From contig JBBUAP010000004.1 of assembly GCA_038058635.1 (NCBI GenBank), positions 97,196-158,783 on the forward strand: a DNA stretch of 61,588 nt. Reading direction: 5' to 3'. Source of the stretch: Patescibacteria group bacterium. Lineage in GTDB: Bacteria; Patescibacteriota; UBA1384; 2-12-FULL-50-11. This document shows positions 26,949 to 35,629 of the stretch, in pieces. Numbering within the stretch: position 1 is the stretch's first letter; each line of letters starts with the position of its first letter. The translations under genes were made by a program, and so were the position numbers. The notes below the pieces were generated by a model. It worked only from the letters and a program-made list of their open reading frames with translations, had not been told where the DNA came from and made no database searches.

Positions 26949-29066
26949 TCAAGATTTTTGATTGCGGGAGAAGGAGACGCCCAGGTCGTCGCTCGAGATG
27001 TCCGGGTAAGCGTAGTCGACGCTCAGGCCGCGGGAGAGGAAGTAGCCAGCATAGACCAAGAGGCCGTCAGATGAACGCTGATTAGTCCAAGAGTACATCC
27101 CTTCCATTAAACGAGCTCCCTTAGGATGACTGGCTGATATGGCCCTGTTTGCTTCGAAGAATACCGTCGTGTCGTACATCGCCTCAACAGGGGTCTGGCG
27201 GAATAATTGATTAATTTTTAGTTCCGAGAGTTGTTTGGCGGCTTCCTGCCAGTCGGATCCCATTAGTTTCTCAATTGCCCCGCGTTTTGCGTCGAACTCC
27301 TTAATCGCCTCTGTGTACATTCCTCGCAATAGCGGATCGGAAATATCTGGCCCGACTTGAGTGTCGACGTACTTCGCTAACTCGCCAGTTTGCTGAAGGT
27401 AGTTTTTGCTAGTCGAATCCGGAATGACTTCTCGGCTGGTTAAGGCCCAGCCAGAACGGACGGCTTCTTTTTTGAAGAAATCTTCGTCTTTATACCAATC
27501 CCTGTCATAAAGAACCTTACCATCTTTGTCGCGATCAAATTTTGGCTGAAGAATTTGATCCAGTCGTTCCATTGTTAGCGGGTCGCCTCTTTCGTCTTTA
27601 CCTTGACGATAAATAAGAAACTGTCCGAGCTCCTTAGCGCGTTCCAGCTCTTGCTTGGAGAATGGAATTGGCTCGACTTTTTCTAGATCGATTTTAACCC
27701 CCAGTATTTCCGCAACACGATTAGGAGCGATAACCTGATATTCACCCAGAATTCGCTGTGCTTCAGTAACCTGTTCGAGCAGTTCGCCGGTCAAAGGGGT
27801 TGCTTCAACTCTTGATGCCGTCAAGAGTTCTTCCGCGGTTACGGTAGTTTCTCCGAGCCCTTCTCGCTCCGCCCCGCGGCGTTTGGTTTCTTGCTGTGGA
27901 ACAAAAGCGACGTGGCGAATCAGCTCCTCTAGTTTTTGGCGATCGGCGGTGCCCTCCAGCTTGTTGGAGTAATAATAGCGCAACGCTTTTTGGAAGGTCT
28001 CGTTAATATCGCCGTTGTAAAATTGTTGAACGAACTCGGTCACTCGTCGCGGTTCCATCCGGTCATCGTAGCTAAATTTCTGCGGCTGATCGGCGGCTAC
28101 GGAGCGATTGGCAACCATTTCTTTGGCCGCTCGATGAAACTCTTTGTATTTGCCGAGCACTTCTTCGATACCGGGTATTTCTTTGAGCTGTTCGCGTGGC
28201 AGGGCCTGATCTCTGGTGGTTAGGTAGGACTCTTGCGGCACGGCATTGGTATCGGTTTCTTTGGCTAAGCCGAAGAGTACGTCGGTCGAGTAGGAGAAGG
28301 TTTGTTCTGGCAGATTCGTCACCTCTTTCTGGTAATTCCAGCGTCGAAGTTGAGCCGGATCAAGCGGTTCGCGGCCGATAAAACCCTTGCCCGGCGGATT
28401 CGTTAACCCAACAATCTTTGTTTGGTCTTTATTGACCCCGACCGTCTCCGAAGCATCCTCCGAAAGAACAATTTCGCCGTTTCGCTCCAGGGCATCAAGC
28501 ACCTCGTGAAGACGAATGGTGATGTTCGGTGCGGCCGAGTTGTACTCGTCAAGGACGATAATTTTTCTCTTGCCCTCCTCAATCCGTAGGCCTGATGTAA
28601 CTTTACCGTCGGCAAAAATATACTCCGGATCATCAATCCGTTCTCGGTGAGGATTGGGAATATAGCGACCCATCAGATCCTCTACATCGCTGGCGCCGTT
28701 TAGGTTGACATAGTGAACTTCCCAGCCCAGTTCCGCGGCCATTTTACGAACGGTTGTCGTTTTGCCGATACTGGTTCCGCCCTCTAAAAGAATCGGTTCA
28801 CTTTGCAAGAAACTGACGGCAAACTTTTTTTGCAACTCCAACGAAAAGCGGTCTTGGATGTACTTCTCTCCGGCGTAACTTTCTCGCTTCGGTACGAATT
28901 GACTCTCAACATGAGCTTTTTCTAGTCGGACACCCATGTAGGTAACTGAATTCTCATCTTCAACGACCGGCAGGTTTGGTTGTTGTTCGACTTGCTCAAC
29001 TACGGCATCCTGGACGCCGGTTTCTTCAGCCCCAACTTGATTTTCCGGTGATCCTGGTTCAGGCAT
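26949..29066 (-). CDS. DGR target: MoxR-like (AAA_5) ATPase fused to a C-terminal CLec/FGE-like variable domain
   Basis: Walker A LLEGGTSIGKTTT, Walker B IIVLDEYN, and LDPAQLRRW. The C-terminus YSWTNQ...GVSFSR carries the VR. Confidence 0.85.
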   Translation of the reverse strand: MPEPGSPENQVGAEETGVQDAVVEQVEQQPNLPVVEDENSVTYMGVRLEKAHVESQFVPKRESYAGEKYIQDRFSLELQKKFAVSFLQSEPILLEGGTSIGKTTTVRKMAAELGWEVHYVNLNGASDVEDLMGRYIPNPHRERIDDPEYIFADGKVTSGLRIEEGKRKIIVLDEYNSAAPNITIRLHEVLDALERNGEIVLSEDASETVGVNKDQTKIVGLTNPPGKGFIGREPLDPAQLRRWNYQKEVTNLPEQTFSYSTDVLFGLAKETDTNAVPQESYLTTRDQALPREQLKEIPGIEEVLGKYKEFHRAAKEMVANRSVAADQPQKFSYDDRMEPRRVTEFVQQFYNGDINETFQKALRYYYSNKLEGTADRQKLEELIRHVAFVPQQETKRRGAEREGLGETTVTAEELLTASRVEATPLTGELLEQVTEAQRILGEYQVIAPNRVAEILGVKIDLEKVEPIPFSKQELERAKELGQFLIYRQGKDERGDPLTMERLDQILQPKFDRDKDGKVLYDRDWYKDEDFFKKEAVRSGWALTSREVIPDSTSKNYLQQTGELAKYVDTQVGPDISDPLLRGMYTEAIKEFDAKRGAIEKLMGSDWQEAAKQLSELKINQLFRQTPVEAMYDTTVFFEANRAISASHPKGARLMEGMYSWTNQRSSDGLLVYAGYFLSRGLSVDYAYPDISSDDLGVSFSRNQKS
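26965..27079 (-). repeat. DGR variable repeat (VR), the last ~38 codons of the 705-aa target
   Basis: See TR. VR encodes YAGYFLSRGLSVDYAYPDISSDDLGVSFSR, whereas TR encodes YAGNFNSNGLNVDNDNPDNSNDNLGVSFSR. Confidence 0.9.
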
Positions 29067-29487
29067 TTTGGTAGGTTGCCCCCACTCGGGACAAGAAAGT
29101 TAAGCCGGTTTTTTCAATCTCGGCCAGTTCTCGGCGGGTGACGAGCAAAAGGGTGTGGTTTTCTTCGTATTTGGGCGAGAAAATCGCTTTTTGCATTGTT
29201 ACCTGATCGGATACTTCAATCTGGCCGGTCGGGTATTGGACGACGAAATCATAGGCTTGTTTTAGGGTAAATGGGTGATGGTCGTCTAAAACCAGGTAAT
29301 TCTTCGAGCCTTTGTGAGCGGCGTGAATCAGATGATAAACCGACTCCTGCTCGTCGTGGCCAGCTTTGTTCAGTAGCTGACGAAATTGATGAAGCTCTCT
29401 TTCATCTTCGGCAATAATCAACGGTACTTCTTTCGAAAAACCAGACTGGTTGATGAATTCGGCAAATGAGCTTTCGTCGATAGCCAT
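29059..29487 (-). CDS. Hypothetical 142-aa protein coupled to the DGR target
   Basis: Overlaps the start of the target gene by 8 nt. No family recognised. Confidence 0.5.
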   Translation of the reverse strand: MAIDESSFAEFINQSGFSKEVPLIIAEDERELHQFRQLLNKAGHDEQESVYHLIHAAHKGSKNYLVLDDHHPFTLKQAYDFVVQYPTGQIEVSDQVTMQKAIFSPKYEENHTLLLVTRRELAEIEKTGLTFLSRVGATYQNA

Positions 29488-29500
29488 ATCTTTAGTTTAC

Positions 29501-31768
29501 TCAGAATTGGTCATATCCTTCAATGACCTCCCGGATTAACTCGGCTAACTGATCAGCCATTTCTTTAGCATTGACATTAGCCAGACTGTTTGGGTAGTAG
29601 TGAGCGACATGCTCGGTATTCGGGCCGATCCCTAAACCGATTAGCTTTTGGTTGGTTTCTTCCTGAATGCGTCTGACGGCTACCCCCAGTTCATACTCTG
29701 ACCCTGAATGTTCGTGAGAAGGCTCCGGATTACCATCAGAAAGCGGAATTAGAAACTTTTCGGTTGCCCCTTGTTGGGCTAAGCGCTGTGAGGCTTGCCC
29801 CAACGCCCAACCGTCGTCGTTATAGGCCGCTCGGTCGCTAGACACCTCTTGTAGCATACCGCCCATATGATCACGCACTTCATCGGACATGGCCTCGTGA
29901 AAACCCTTGAAGACGTGAATCCGGTCATTAAAGCCGAGGATTTCGTTATCAATTGAGAGTCGATTGAGTACCTCTGATAGGACAATGGCAGCCTTGAAGG
30001 TTTCGTTAATCTTCTGGCCGCGCATTGAACCCGACAGATCGACAAGTAAGCTAATAGCGTAGTCTTTCTCTCGGGGTGTTTCTCTTCGCTCCCAAGCATG
30101 GCTTTCCATGGCCGGTACGTCCTTGGCTTTCTCCTGAATGCGGCGTTTGATATCAATGTGTTTACCAGATCGAAAACCGCTCTCCCAGTTGTGGGCTCGC
30201 CTGGCCACAAAGATTGCTCGCAGATCGTCCTCAAGTTTATCAATTGTCTCTAACACTTCGCGGCGCTTTTCCTCGTAGATATTAGCGTCTTTGTTGATTG
30301 CTTCCTGGGCAAGATCGTGAAACTTGTCGACTTCCTCCTGTTGTTCTGGCGGCAGTGGTGGTCGATCCGTTTGCTCAGCCAATTTTTTACCGACTGTTTT
30401 GGTTCCCGCCGGTTTCCCTTCGTGTTGTTCGGGATCTTGATTGAGTTTGCCCCGCAGCTCTTCTTTGATAGTTTCTTCGAATTGGCGCAACATCTCTTCC
30501 GCTCGCTGTTGCAAATCTTGCTTAACTTCTTCCGGTAGGCTGTCGATATACTCTCGAATTTTTTGTTTGGTTTCTTCGCTAAGTGATTCCAAGTCAACTG
30601 GACCACTAGGTGGTTCCTGGGTTTCCTGTTCGTCGCCTTCAGTGGGTTTGCCTGGCTGATTGTTGTTCTGTTCTTGTTTTTCCTTGGCCTGATCTATTGC
30701 TTGTTGTAAGGCACCTTGCAGCTCTTGCTGTTGCTCGGGTGTTAGACGATCTTTTAATTCTTGTGGCAGTTGGGGTTGTCCCTGCCCGGACTCACCGCCT
30801 TCAACGAACTGCTTTTGTATGTCCCTCATTTGCTGCTCCATTTTCTCATCCTGAATGTCCTCGTCGACGAGTTTTTTGAATTCCGGCCAGATCTCATCTC
30901 GGTTTATTTCGTAGAATGTTTGGGCGTACTTCTTGATCAACTGTTCGCTTTTGTCGGCCTCCTGTCGGGAGGGGTAGCGCCACCAGGCGTCTTGAGCGGA
31001 AGGCAAGGTTTTAGCGACGACTTCTTTGACGTCGTCGGGCAGATCCTCACTAACTTCACCGAACCCCCCGCTTGACTCCTTCAGCCACTGTTTGATGTAC
31101 TCGAAACTGGCTTGCATAAAGCGTGGTTGATGACCGAGCTTATCTTTGGCTTCTACTTTGAGGACTTTTTCTTTTTCTAGCTCAATGTCGTAGGCGACTT
31201 TCATCTGCTCACGAAACTTCGGATAGTTTTCGGCAACGAAATTGTTGACGCGCGGGTCTTCTATAGCGTTCATCATTGCCCCAAATCCTGGCTGAGCCCA
31301 GGTTTCCAAGGGGATAGACTCCATTCTCGAAATTCGCCTGTGACCACCCTCGTGGGAGATGATACAGCGCAGATAATCCATTGGCTGTTCGAGCAAATCT
31401 TTCGGATCGACCCGGATGATGTTGTCCTTAAAATCCCAATGCCAACCAGTACCGGGTTCATTGAGCCGAACGGGAATCTTAAAGTCCTTGCCGATAAAGT
31501 AAGCTAGCGATGAAAGAAGCTTTTGTTTGGTCTCTATCTCTTTTTGTTGTTTCGGGTTGAATTGGGCGAGAACTTCTTTATCCCTGCCCTGCCGGAGCAT
31601 TTGGAGGGTAGTTTCGGGAGTTTGGCGACTCACGAGTGGTTCTGGTTGAGCTTCCGGTCGTTGAAGCTCGGCCACTTCGGGCTGGGCTCCTTGAGAGGGT
31701 AAATTTAACTCTTGCGCTTCGGTGGGCGCTATTGACCCGTCAGTAAATGTCCCCTCATTCCGTTCCAT
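29501..31768 (-). CDS. vWA-domain protein with an N-terminal HExxH metallopeptidase-like region and an acidic coiled-coil linker
   Basis: IISHEGGHRR ... EDPRVNNF near the N-terminus, an E/Q/K-rich centre, and a C-terminal MIDAS LLVDLSGSMRG ... NDDG ... LSDGNPEP. Confidence 0.8.
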   Translation of the reverse strand: MERNEGTFTDGSIAPTEAQELNLPSQGAQPEVAELQRPEAQPEPLVSRQTPETTLQMLRQGRDKEVLAQFNPKQQKEIETKQKLLSSLAYFIGKDFKIPVRLNEPGTGWHWDFKDNIIRVDPKDLLEQPMDYLRCIISHEGGHRRISRMESIPLETWAQPGFGAMMNAIEDPRVNNFVAENYPKFREQMKVAYDIELEKEKVLKVEAKDKLGHQPRFMQASFEYIKQWLKESSGGFGEVSEDLPDDVKEVVAKTLPSAQDAWWRYPSRQEADKSEQLIKKYAQTFYEINRDEIWPEFKKLVDEDIQDEKMEQQMRDIQKQFVEGGESGQGQPQLPQELKDRLTPEQQQELQGALQQAIDQAKEKQEQNNNQPGKPTEGDEQETQEPPSGPVDLESLSEETKQKIREYIDSLPEEVKQDLQQRAEEMLRQFEETIKEELRGKLNQDPEQHEGKPAGTKTVGKKLAEQTDRPPLPPEQQEEVDKFHDLAQEAINKDANIYEEKRREVLETIDKLEDDLRAIFVARRAHNWESGFRSGKHIDIKRRIQEKAKDVPAMESHAWERRETPREKDYAISLLVDLSGSMRGQKINETFKAAIVLSEVLNRLSIDNEILGFNDRIHVFKGFHEAMSDEVRDHMGGMLQEVSSDRAAYNDDGWALGQASQRLAQQGATEKFLIPLSDGNPEPSHEHSGSEYELGVAVRRIQEETNQKLIGLGIGPNTEHVAHYYPNSLANVNAKEMADQLAELIREVIEGYDQF

Positions 31769-31800
31769 GCTTTCAGGTTACAGATTCTTGGAAAACTTTC

Positions 31801-32007
31801 CTAGCGTGACGTATATTTTTCCAGTTTTCCTAACGCTTTGTCTCGGTACTTACTAACGGTCTGGGTGGAAATGTCGAATTTCTGAGCAATTTCATTCACT
31901 GTGTAGTGCCGATCACCTAAACCGTAATACATAACGATAATTATCTGTTCGCTTGGAGTGAGGATAGAAATAAGCTTGCCGTCGTGATCGGATAATAACG
32001 GTTTCAT
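31801..32007 (-). CDS. Sigma-70 region-4-like HTH mini-protein
   Basis: IIIVMYYGLGDRHYTVNEIAQKFDISTQTVSKYRDKALGKLEK. Confidence 0.6.
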   Translation of the reverse strand: MKPLLSDHDGKLISILTPSEQIIIVMYYGLGDRHYTVNEIAQKFDISTQTVSKYRDKALGKLEKYTSR

Positions 32008-32010
32008 TGT

Positions 32011-33363
32011 TTACTGCGGTTTCGTTATATCTTTAATATTGGATTCGTTCATTCTCCACAAGCCGCCTTCTCGTATTAATGTCCAGGTGCCTTCAAACTC
32101 TCCAGTTTTCCATTCCCAGGTTTCTATATTACGCTCAGTGGCGTAAAAGTGAGCGTTAATGACGTTTGGTTTATCGCTTAACTCAACCGATACCAGGCGA
32201 ATGAAAATGGTTTGTTCCAGGCCTTTGGACCAGTTATCGTAAGGCAGTCTGGCTTTACGGCTTGAGGAGTAAAAGTTGTTGTAGGCGCCTAGAATATCCC
32301 CTCCTCCGAGGGTGGTGTAGTACTTAGCAACGACTTCAGCTTGTTCGGATGGGTAACTGAGCTTGATCTCTTGCGGAGTTGCACCCTCGGCCGTTTTAAT
32401 CATCGTCTGGATGCGATCATTGAGCTGGGAGTACTCAATGGCAAAACCGGCGTTTTCTTGCCCCTGCAGTGTCTGGGTGTTCATACCGACGACTTTGCCG
32501 CAGATATCGACCAGTGGACCACCTGAATTGCCCGGAATAATAGAGGCATCAGTTTGGATGAAACTACGATCGTCGTAGTCGTCTAGTGTCAGAGCCGAAA
32601 CAATGCCTTTGGAGATCGTTAGATTCCGACCAAGCGGATAACCGATGGCATAGACTTCGTCGATCGGAATAACTGGTCTTGTGGCTCCGGTAAGAAAGGG
32701 CATGTCGCTATAGTTTGTTATTTTGATCAGAGCGATATCACGCAGAGAGTCGGTAGCAACGACCCTAGCACCGGAGGCAAGGTCTTGATTGCCAAGATAA
32801 ATTTTGGTGATCGGGTTGTGATCAACGACATGATTATTGGTGACAATAAAATTCTTCTCAACAAAGAAACCACTACCAACACCTTCCTCGCCCTCAATTA
32901 GTACGACTGAATCAGAGGCGGTTTGAACATCTGCTTGGCCGCATTTTAGTTCGTAGTCGAGTTTGCCGGTACGATAACCGTTCCAGTACCAAAGAAGAGC
33001 TACGTTAAGAATGAGCGACGCCAAAATGCTAAGTCGCACAACCCATTTACCAGTAAATAATCCGCCTCTCCATAGCCGCTTTATGATCCTAGCGGCTCGG
33101 CGATATGTCTCAGAGCTAGCAATAGTTTTTACGAATCGATTTTCGGTTAGTCTGCCGGAATGGTGCATCGCGTCCTGTCGTTGTGCGTGAATGAAACCTC
33201 TGTAGGCCAGAAATAAAACGAGAATAACTGCACCAATAGTCCCGATAATACTTGGAGCAAATAGTATGATCGCAGCTATTACCAAGATCCATAATAGTCC
33301 GCGTAGGAATCTACGGAAATTAGCCGACATAGGTTTAGTTAGCTTGCTTACAAATTTCTTCAT
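32011..33363 (-). CDS. Membrane-anchored trypsin-like (S1) serine protease with an extra C-terminal domain
   Basis: N-terminal TM helices. The triad context is VTNNHVV / DIALIKI / GNSGGPLVD. Confidence 0.8.
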   Translation of the reverse strand: MKKFVSKLTKPMSANFRRFLRGLLWILVIAAIILFAPSIIGTIGAVILVLFLAYRGFIHAQRQDAMHHSGRLTENRFVKTIASSETYRRAARIIKRLWRGGLFTGKWVVRLSILASLILNVALLWYWNGYRTGKLDYELKCGQADVQTASDSVVLIEGEEGVGSGFFVEKNFIVTNNHVVDHNPITKIYLGNQDLASGARVVATDSLRDIALIKITNYSDMPFLTGATRPVIPIDEVYAIGYPLGRNLTISKGIVSALTLDDYDDRSFIQTDASIIPGNSGGPLVDICGKVVGMNTQTLQGQENAGFAIEYSQLNDRIQTMIKTAEGATPQEIKLSYPSEQAEVVAKYYTTLGGGDILGAYNNFYSSSRKARLPYDNWSKGLEQTIFIRLVSVELSDKPNVINAHFYATERNIETWEWKTGEFEGTWTLIREGGLWRMNESNIKDITKPQ

Positions 33364-34822
33364 ATATTTTCACCATAGCTAATGTATCGAGTTTGCAGTA
33401 CTCACAAAGGTTGTGGAAGAGAGCCTCTTTATCGATATCTTCCTTGCCTTCCAACACCGCCTGCATCCATAGACGTTGAGCAGTTGCGCCGTCACTGACA
33501 TCTAAATCGGTATATTTTAGATCGGGTATTAAAGTCGGCAATACTTTCTTAATAGATGCGCTTCCCATAAAGCCCTTATCTCTAAACCAGCCTTCGGAAA
33601 ACGGTATCATTAAATCTACGATTCGCTCGTTTACGCTCTCCATAAAACCTGCTTGTTCTGGAACGATTTCGCCCAGTAATTTATTACAGCCCTTCTCAAA
33701 AGTTTCGTACCAAACAAGTACCGTCCCCTTATTGCCAATGTCTGCCTTTAGTTGTTTTATTAATGGCTCTGCAGGGTTGGTTTTATCCAGATGTAAATAT
33801 TCTTTGTGCGAAAGCTTTCCATCTGGTTTATCTAATATATGTAATGAATACTGGAACGGCAGCTGGCTGTAAGGCTTTAATCCATCGTAAGGTGGAACCG
33901 TCGAGCTAAGCGTTTCGTAGTCAAAAAAGTAAAGCGGATACTCCAAGCCTTCCAAAAACTTTTTGATGTTGTGTTTACTAACATACCGCTTCCCAGTCTT
34001 GTTGGTTTCTACTTGCCAGCGTTGTTTTGGTTTTAATACAAACTCGTCCGGAATATCTTTGATCTTTTCGATAAGCAGATCTTCTAACTGCCCGATAACC
34101 GCGCTTGGTGTTGCTAGGTTGTAGATACTGTCCTTTTCAAGCGGACCAACCAGACTTTTGTAAATATCTAGCCACTCACTAAAAGCGCCCATCTTGGCGT
34201 AGCGTGGCGAAATATTCGGAATTTCTGGAGAATCTATAGTTTGGAACGCTTGCTGTATGTTCTGCTCGGTAGCTTTTTCCAACGCTCGTACTTCTTTTGT
34301 GATGTCAGTGATCGCCGCAAATTTATTAACGTCTATAACGCCATCTTTAACGAATTGGTTGTTAACGTGTATCACCGAAATATTTCGTACTTTAAGCCCG
34401 GCTTTTTCTAACACTCTTGTCTGAAACGCTAGGTCGTGTTCGTGCTCTGGCTTGGCTTTGGTACTGGCCTTAATCTCGAATAGATCGAAAGTATCTCCCT
34501 CTACTCTTTTGATCACGTCCACAATACAAGTAATGTTTTCAGTTTCGAAACGTCCCTGGAAAATTGTATCTGCTCCGTCTGCCAAAACTTGTTTTGTCCG
34601 CTCCGGCATAGATATATATGTACTGAAATCTCCTTTATCAAACCCAATTCGTATTCCATCTGGGAATATCTGTTCTGCGTATTCTTCAAACAGGTTTCCA
34701 CTGTCGAATATTGCTTGCGTGTTTGCGTCTACTGCCGGTAACTTGCTTTTGTCGTGCTTCTTAAGCCAGAGCCAAGCGGGGTGTTTGAGAAAAAGAAGAT
34801 ACTCACTTTTCGAGAGAGTCAT
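33335..34822 (-). CDS. DUF2779-like (RecB/Cas4-type PD-(D/E)XK nuclease-like) protein
   Basis: N-terminal LSKSEYLLFLKHPAWLWLKK is typical of DUF2779. DLFEIKAST is a nuclease-like core. Confidence 0.6.
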   Translation of the reverse strand: MTLSKSEYLLFLKHPAWLWLKKHDKSKLPAVDANTQAIFDSGNLFEEYAEQIFPDGIRIGFDKGDFSTYISMPERTKQVLADGADTIFQGRFETENITCIVDVIKRVEGDTFDLFEIKASTKAKPEHEHDLAFQTRVLEKAGLKVRNISVIHVNNQFVKDGVIDVNKFAAITDITKEVRALEKATEQNIQQAFQTIDSPEIPNISPRYAKMGAFSEWLDIYKSLVGPLEKDSIYNLATPSAVIGQLEDLLIEKIKDIPDEFVLKPKQRWQVETNKTGKRYVSKHNIKKFLEGLEYPLYFFDYETLSSTVPPYDGLKPYSQLPFQYSLHILDKPDGKLSHKEYLHLDKTNPAEPLIKQLKADIGNKGTVLVWYETFEKGCNKLLGEIVPEQAGFMESVNERIVDLMIPFSEGWFRDKGFMGSASIKKVLPTLIPDLKYTDLDVSDGATAQRLWMQAVLEGKEDIDKEALFHNLCEYCKLDTLAMVKIYEEICKQAN

Positions 34823-35464
34823 CTAAAGACCTCTCCGTTCTTCTTCTGTTTTTGCTCTTTTTTCGATAGACCACTCTTTATTGATCGTGACCAGATTCTC
34901 TTGCAGGTCGGGAAGCAGCGGGTTATCAACCCACGCTTCTGCTAGCTTGGCGATTAACCGCTGGTAGCGTAATAGTTGTTGCTCTTTGGGTTGATTAAAC
35001 CTTAAGAAAGTTTTTTCGCCTTCCCTCTGGTAGTCTTGGATTTGTTCGCTCATGTTGTGCAAGACGTCGGCAGATTTCACTAACAACGAGTCTGGCAACA
35101 TGCTTGATATGTGCTCTAGGGCCAGCCGCTTTCGTTCTTCCCACGGCAGACTCTTATCTTGTTCGGTAACGTCATTAACAATACGAGCAACTTCCTTCCC
35201 AAACTCCTTCACCAAATAGTCTTCAGTTAATTCTGTGTCTTCAAGAACATCGTGTAATATTCCCGCAACGATAATATCTTCAGTCGCCCCGGTCCTTGCC
35301 AAAATTAAGCCAACGCTTAGTAAGTGGGTAATATACGGCACATTCTTACCTTTTCGCGTTTGACCGTCGTGAGCAACGATGGCTACCTCAATAGCTTTCT
35401 GTATCGCCGGAGGATAAACTGATCCGTTTAGACTTAATTTCCGGAAGCTATCTTCAGTCTTCAT
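34823..35464 (-). CDS. HD-domain (p)ppGpp hydrolase-like protein (SpoT/RelA hydrolase type)
   Basis: AHDGQTRKGKNVPYITHLLSV ... AGILHDVLEDT. Confidence 0.75.
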   Translation of the reverse strand: MKTEDSFRKLSLNGSVYPPAIQKAIEVAIVAHDGQTRKGKNVPYITHLLSVGLILARTGATEDIIVAGILHDVLEDTELTEDYLVKEFGKEVARIVNDVTEQDKSLPWEERKRLALEHISSMLPDSLLVKSADVLHNMSEQIQDYQREGEKTFLRFNQPKEQQLLRYQRLIAKLAEAWVDNPLLPDLQENLVTINKEWSIEKRAKTEEERRGL

Positions 35465-35621
35465 CACGCGTCATATGTTTGCGCATCTGCGAGCGGATCA
35501 ACATCGTTTTGTCATCAGCAATATCAATTTCTCCGCATTTAGGACATGCATTATCTGTGCAAACAGGACAAAACGTTTCTTGACACTTCTTGCACTCTAC
35601 TGACATGAATTGGTGTGGCAT
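35454..35621 (-). CDS. 55-aa Zn-ribbon protein (not in the ORF track)
   Basis: My own translation is MPHQFMSVECKKCQETFCPVCTDNACPKCGEIDIADDK..., with three CxxC pairs. GGGAG lies 4 nt upstream, right after the hsdR stop, and the ORF overlaps the HD gene start. Confidence 0.45.
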   Translation of the reverse strand: MPHQFMSVECKKCQETFCPVCTDNACPKCGEIDIADDKTMLIRSQMRKHMTRDED

Positions 35622-35629
35622 TTTGCTCC

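Noticed and set aside
29779-31075. Several 70-150-aa alternative-frame ORFs inside the vWA gene (e.g. 29779-30243, 30250-30606, 30761-31075)
   Set aside because: They lie within the low-complexity E/Q/K-rich coding region, where all frames stay open. The long frame has clear HExxH and vWA domains on either side.
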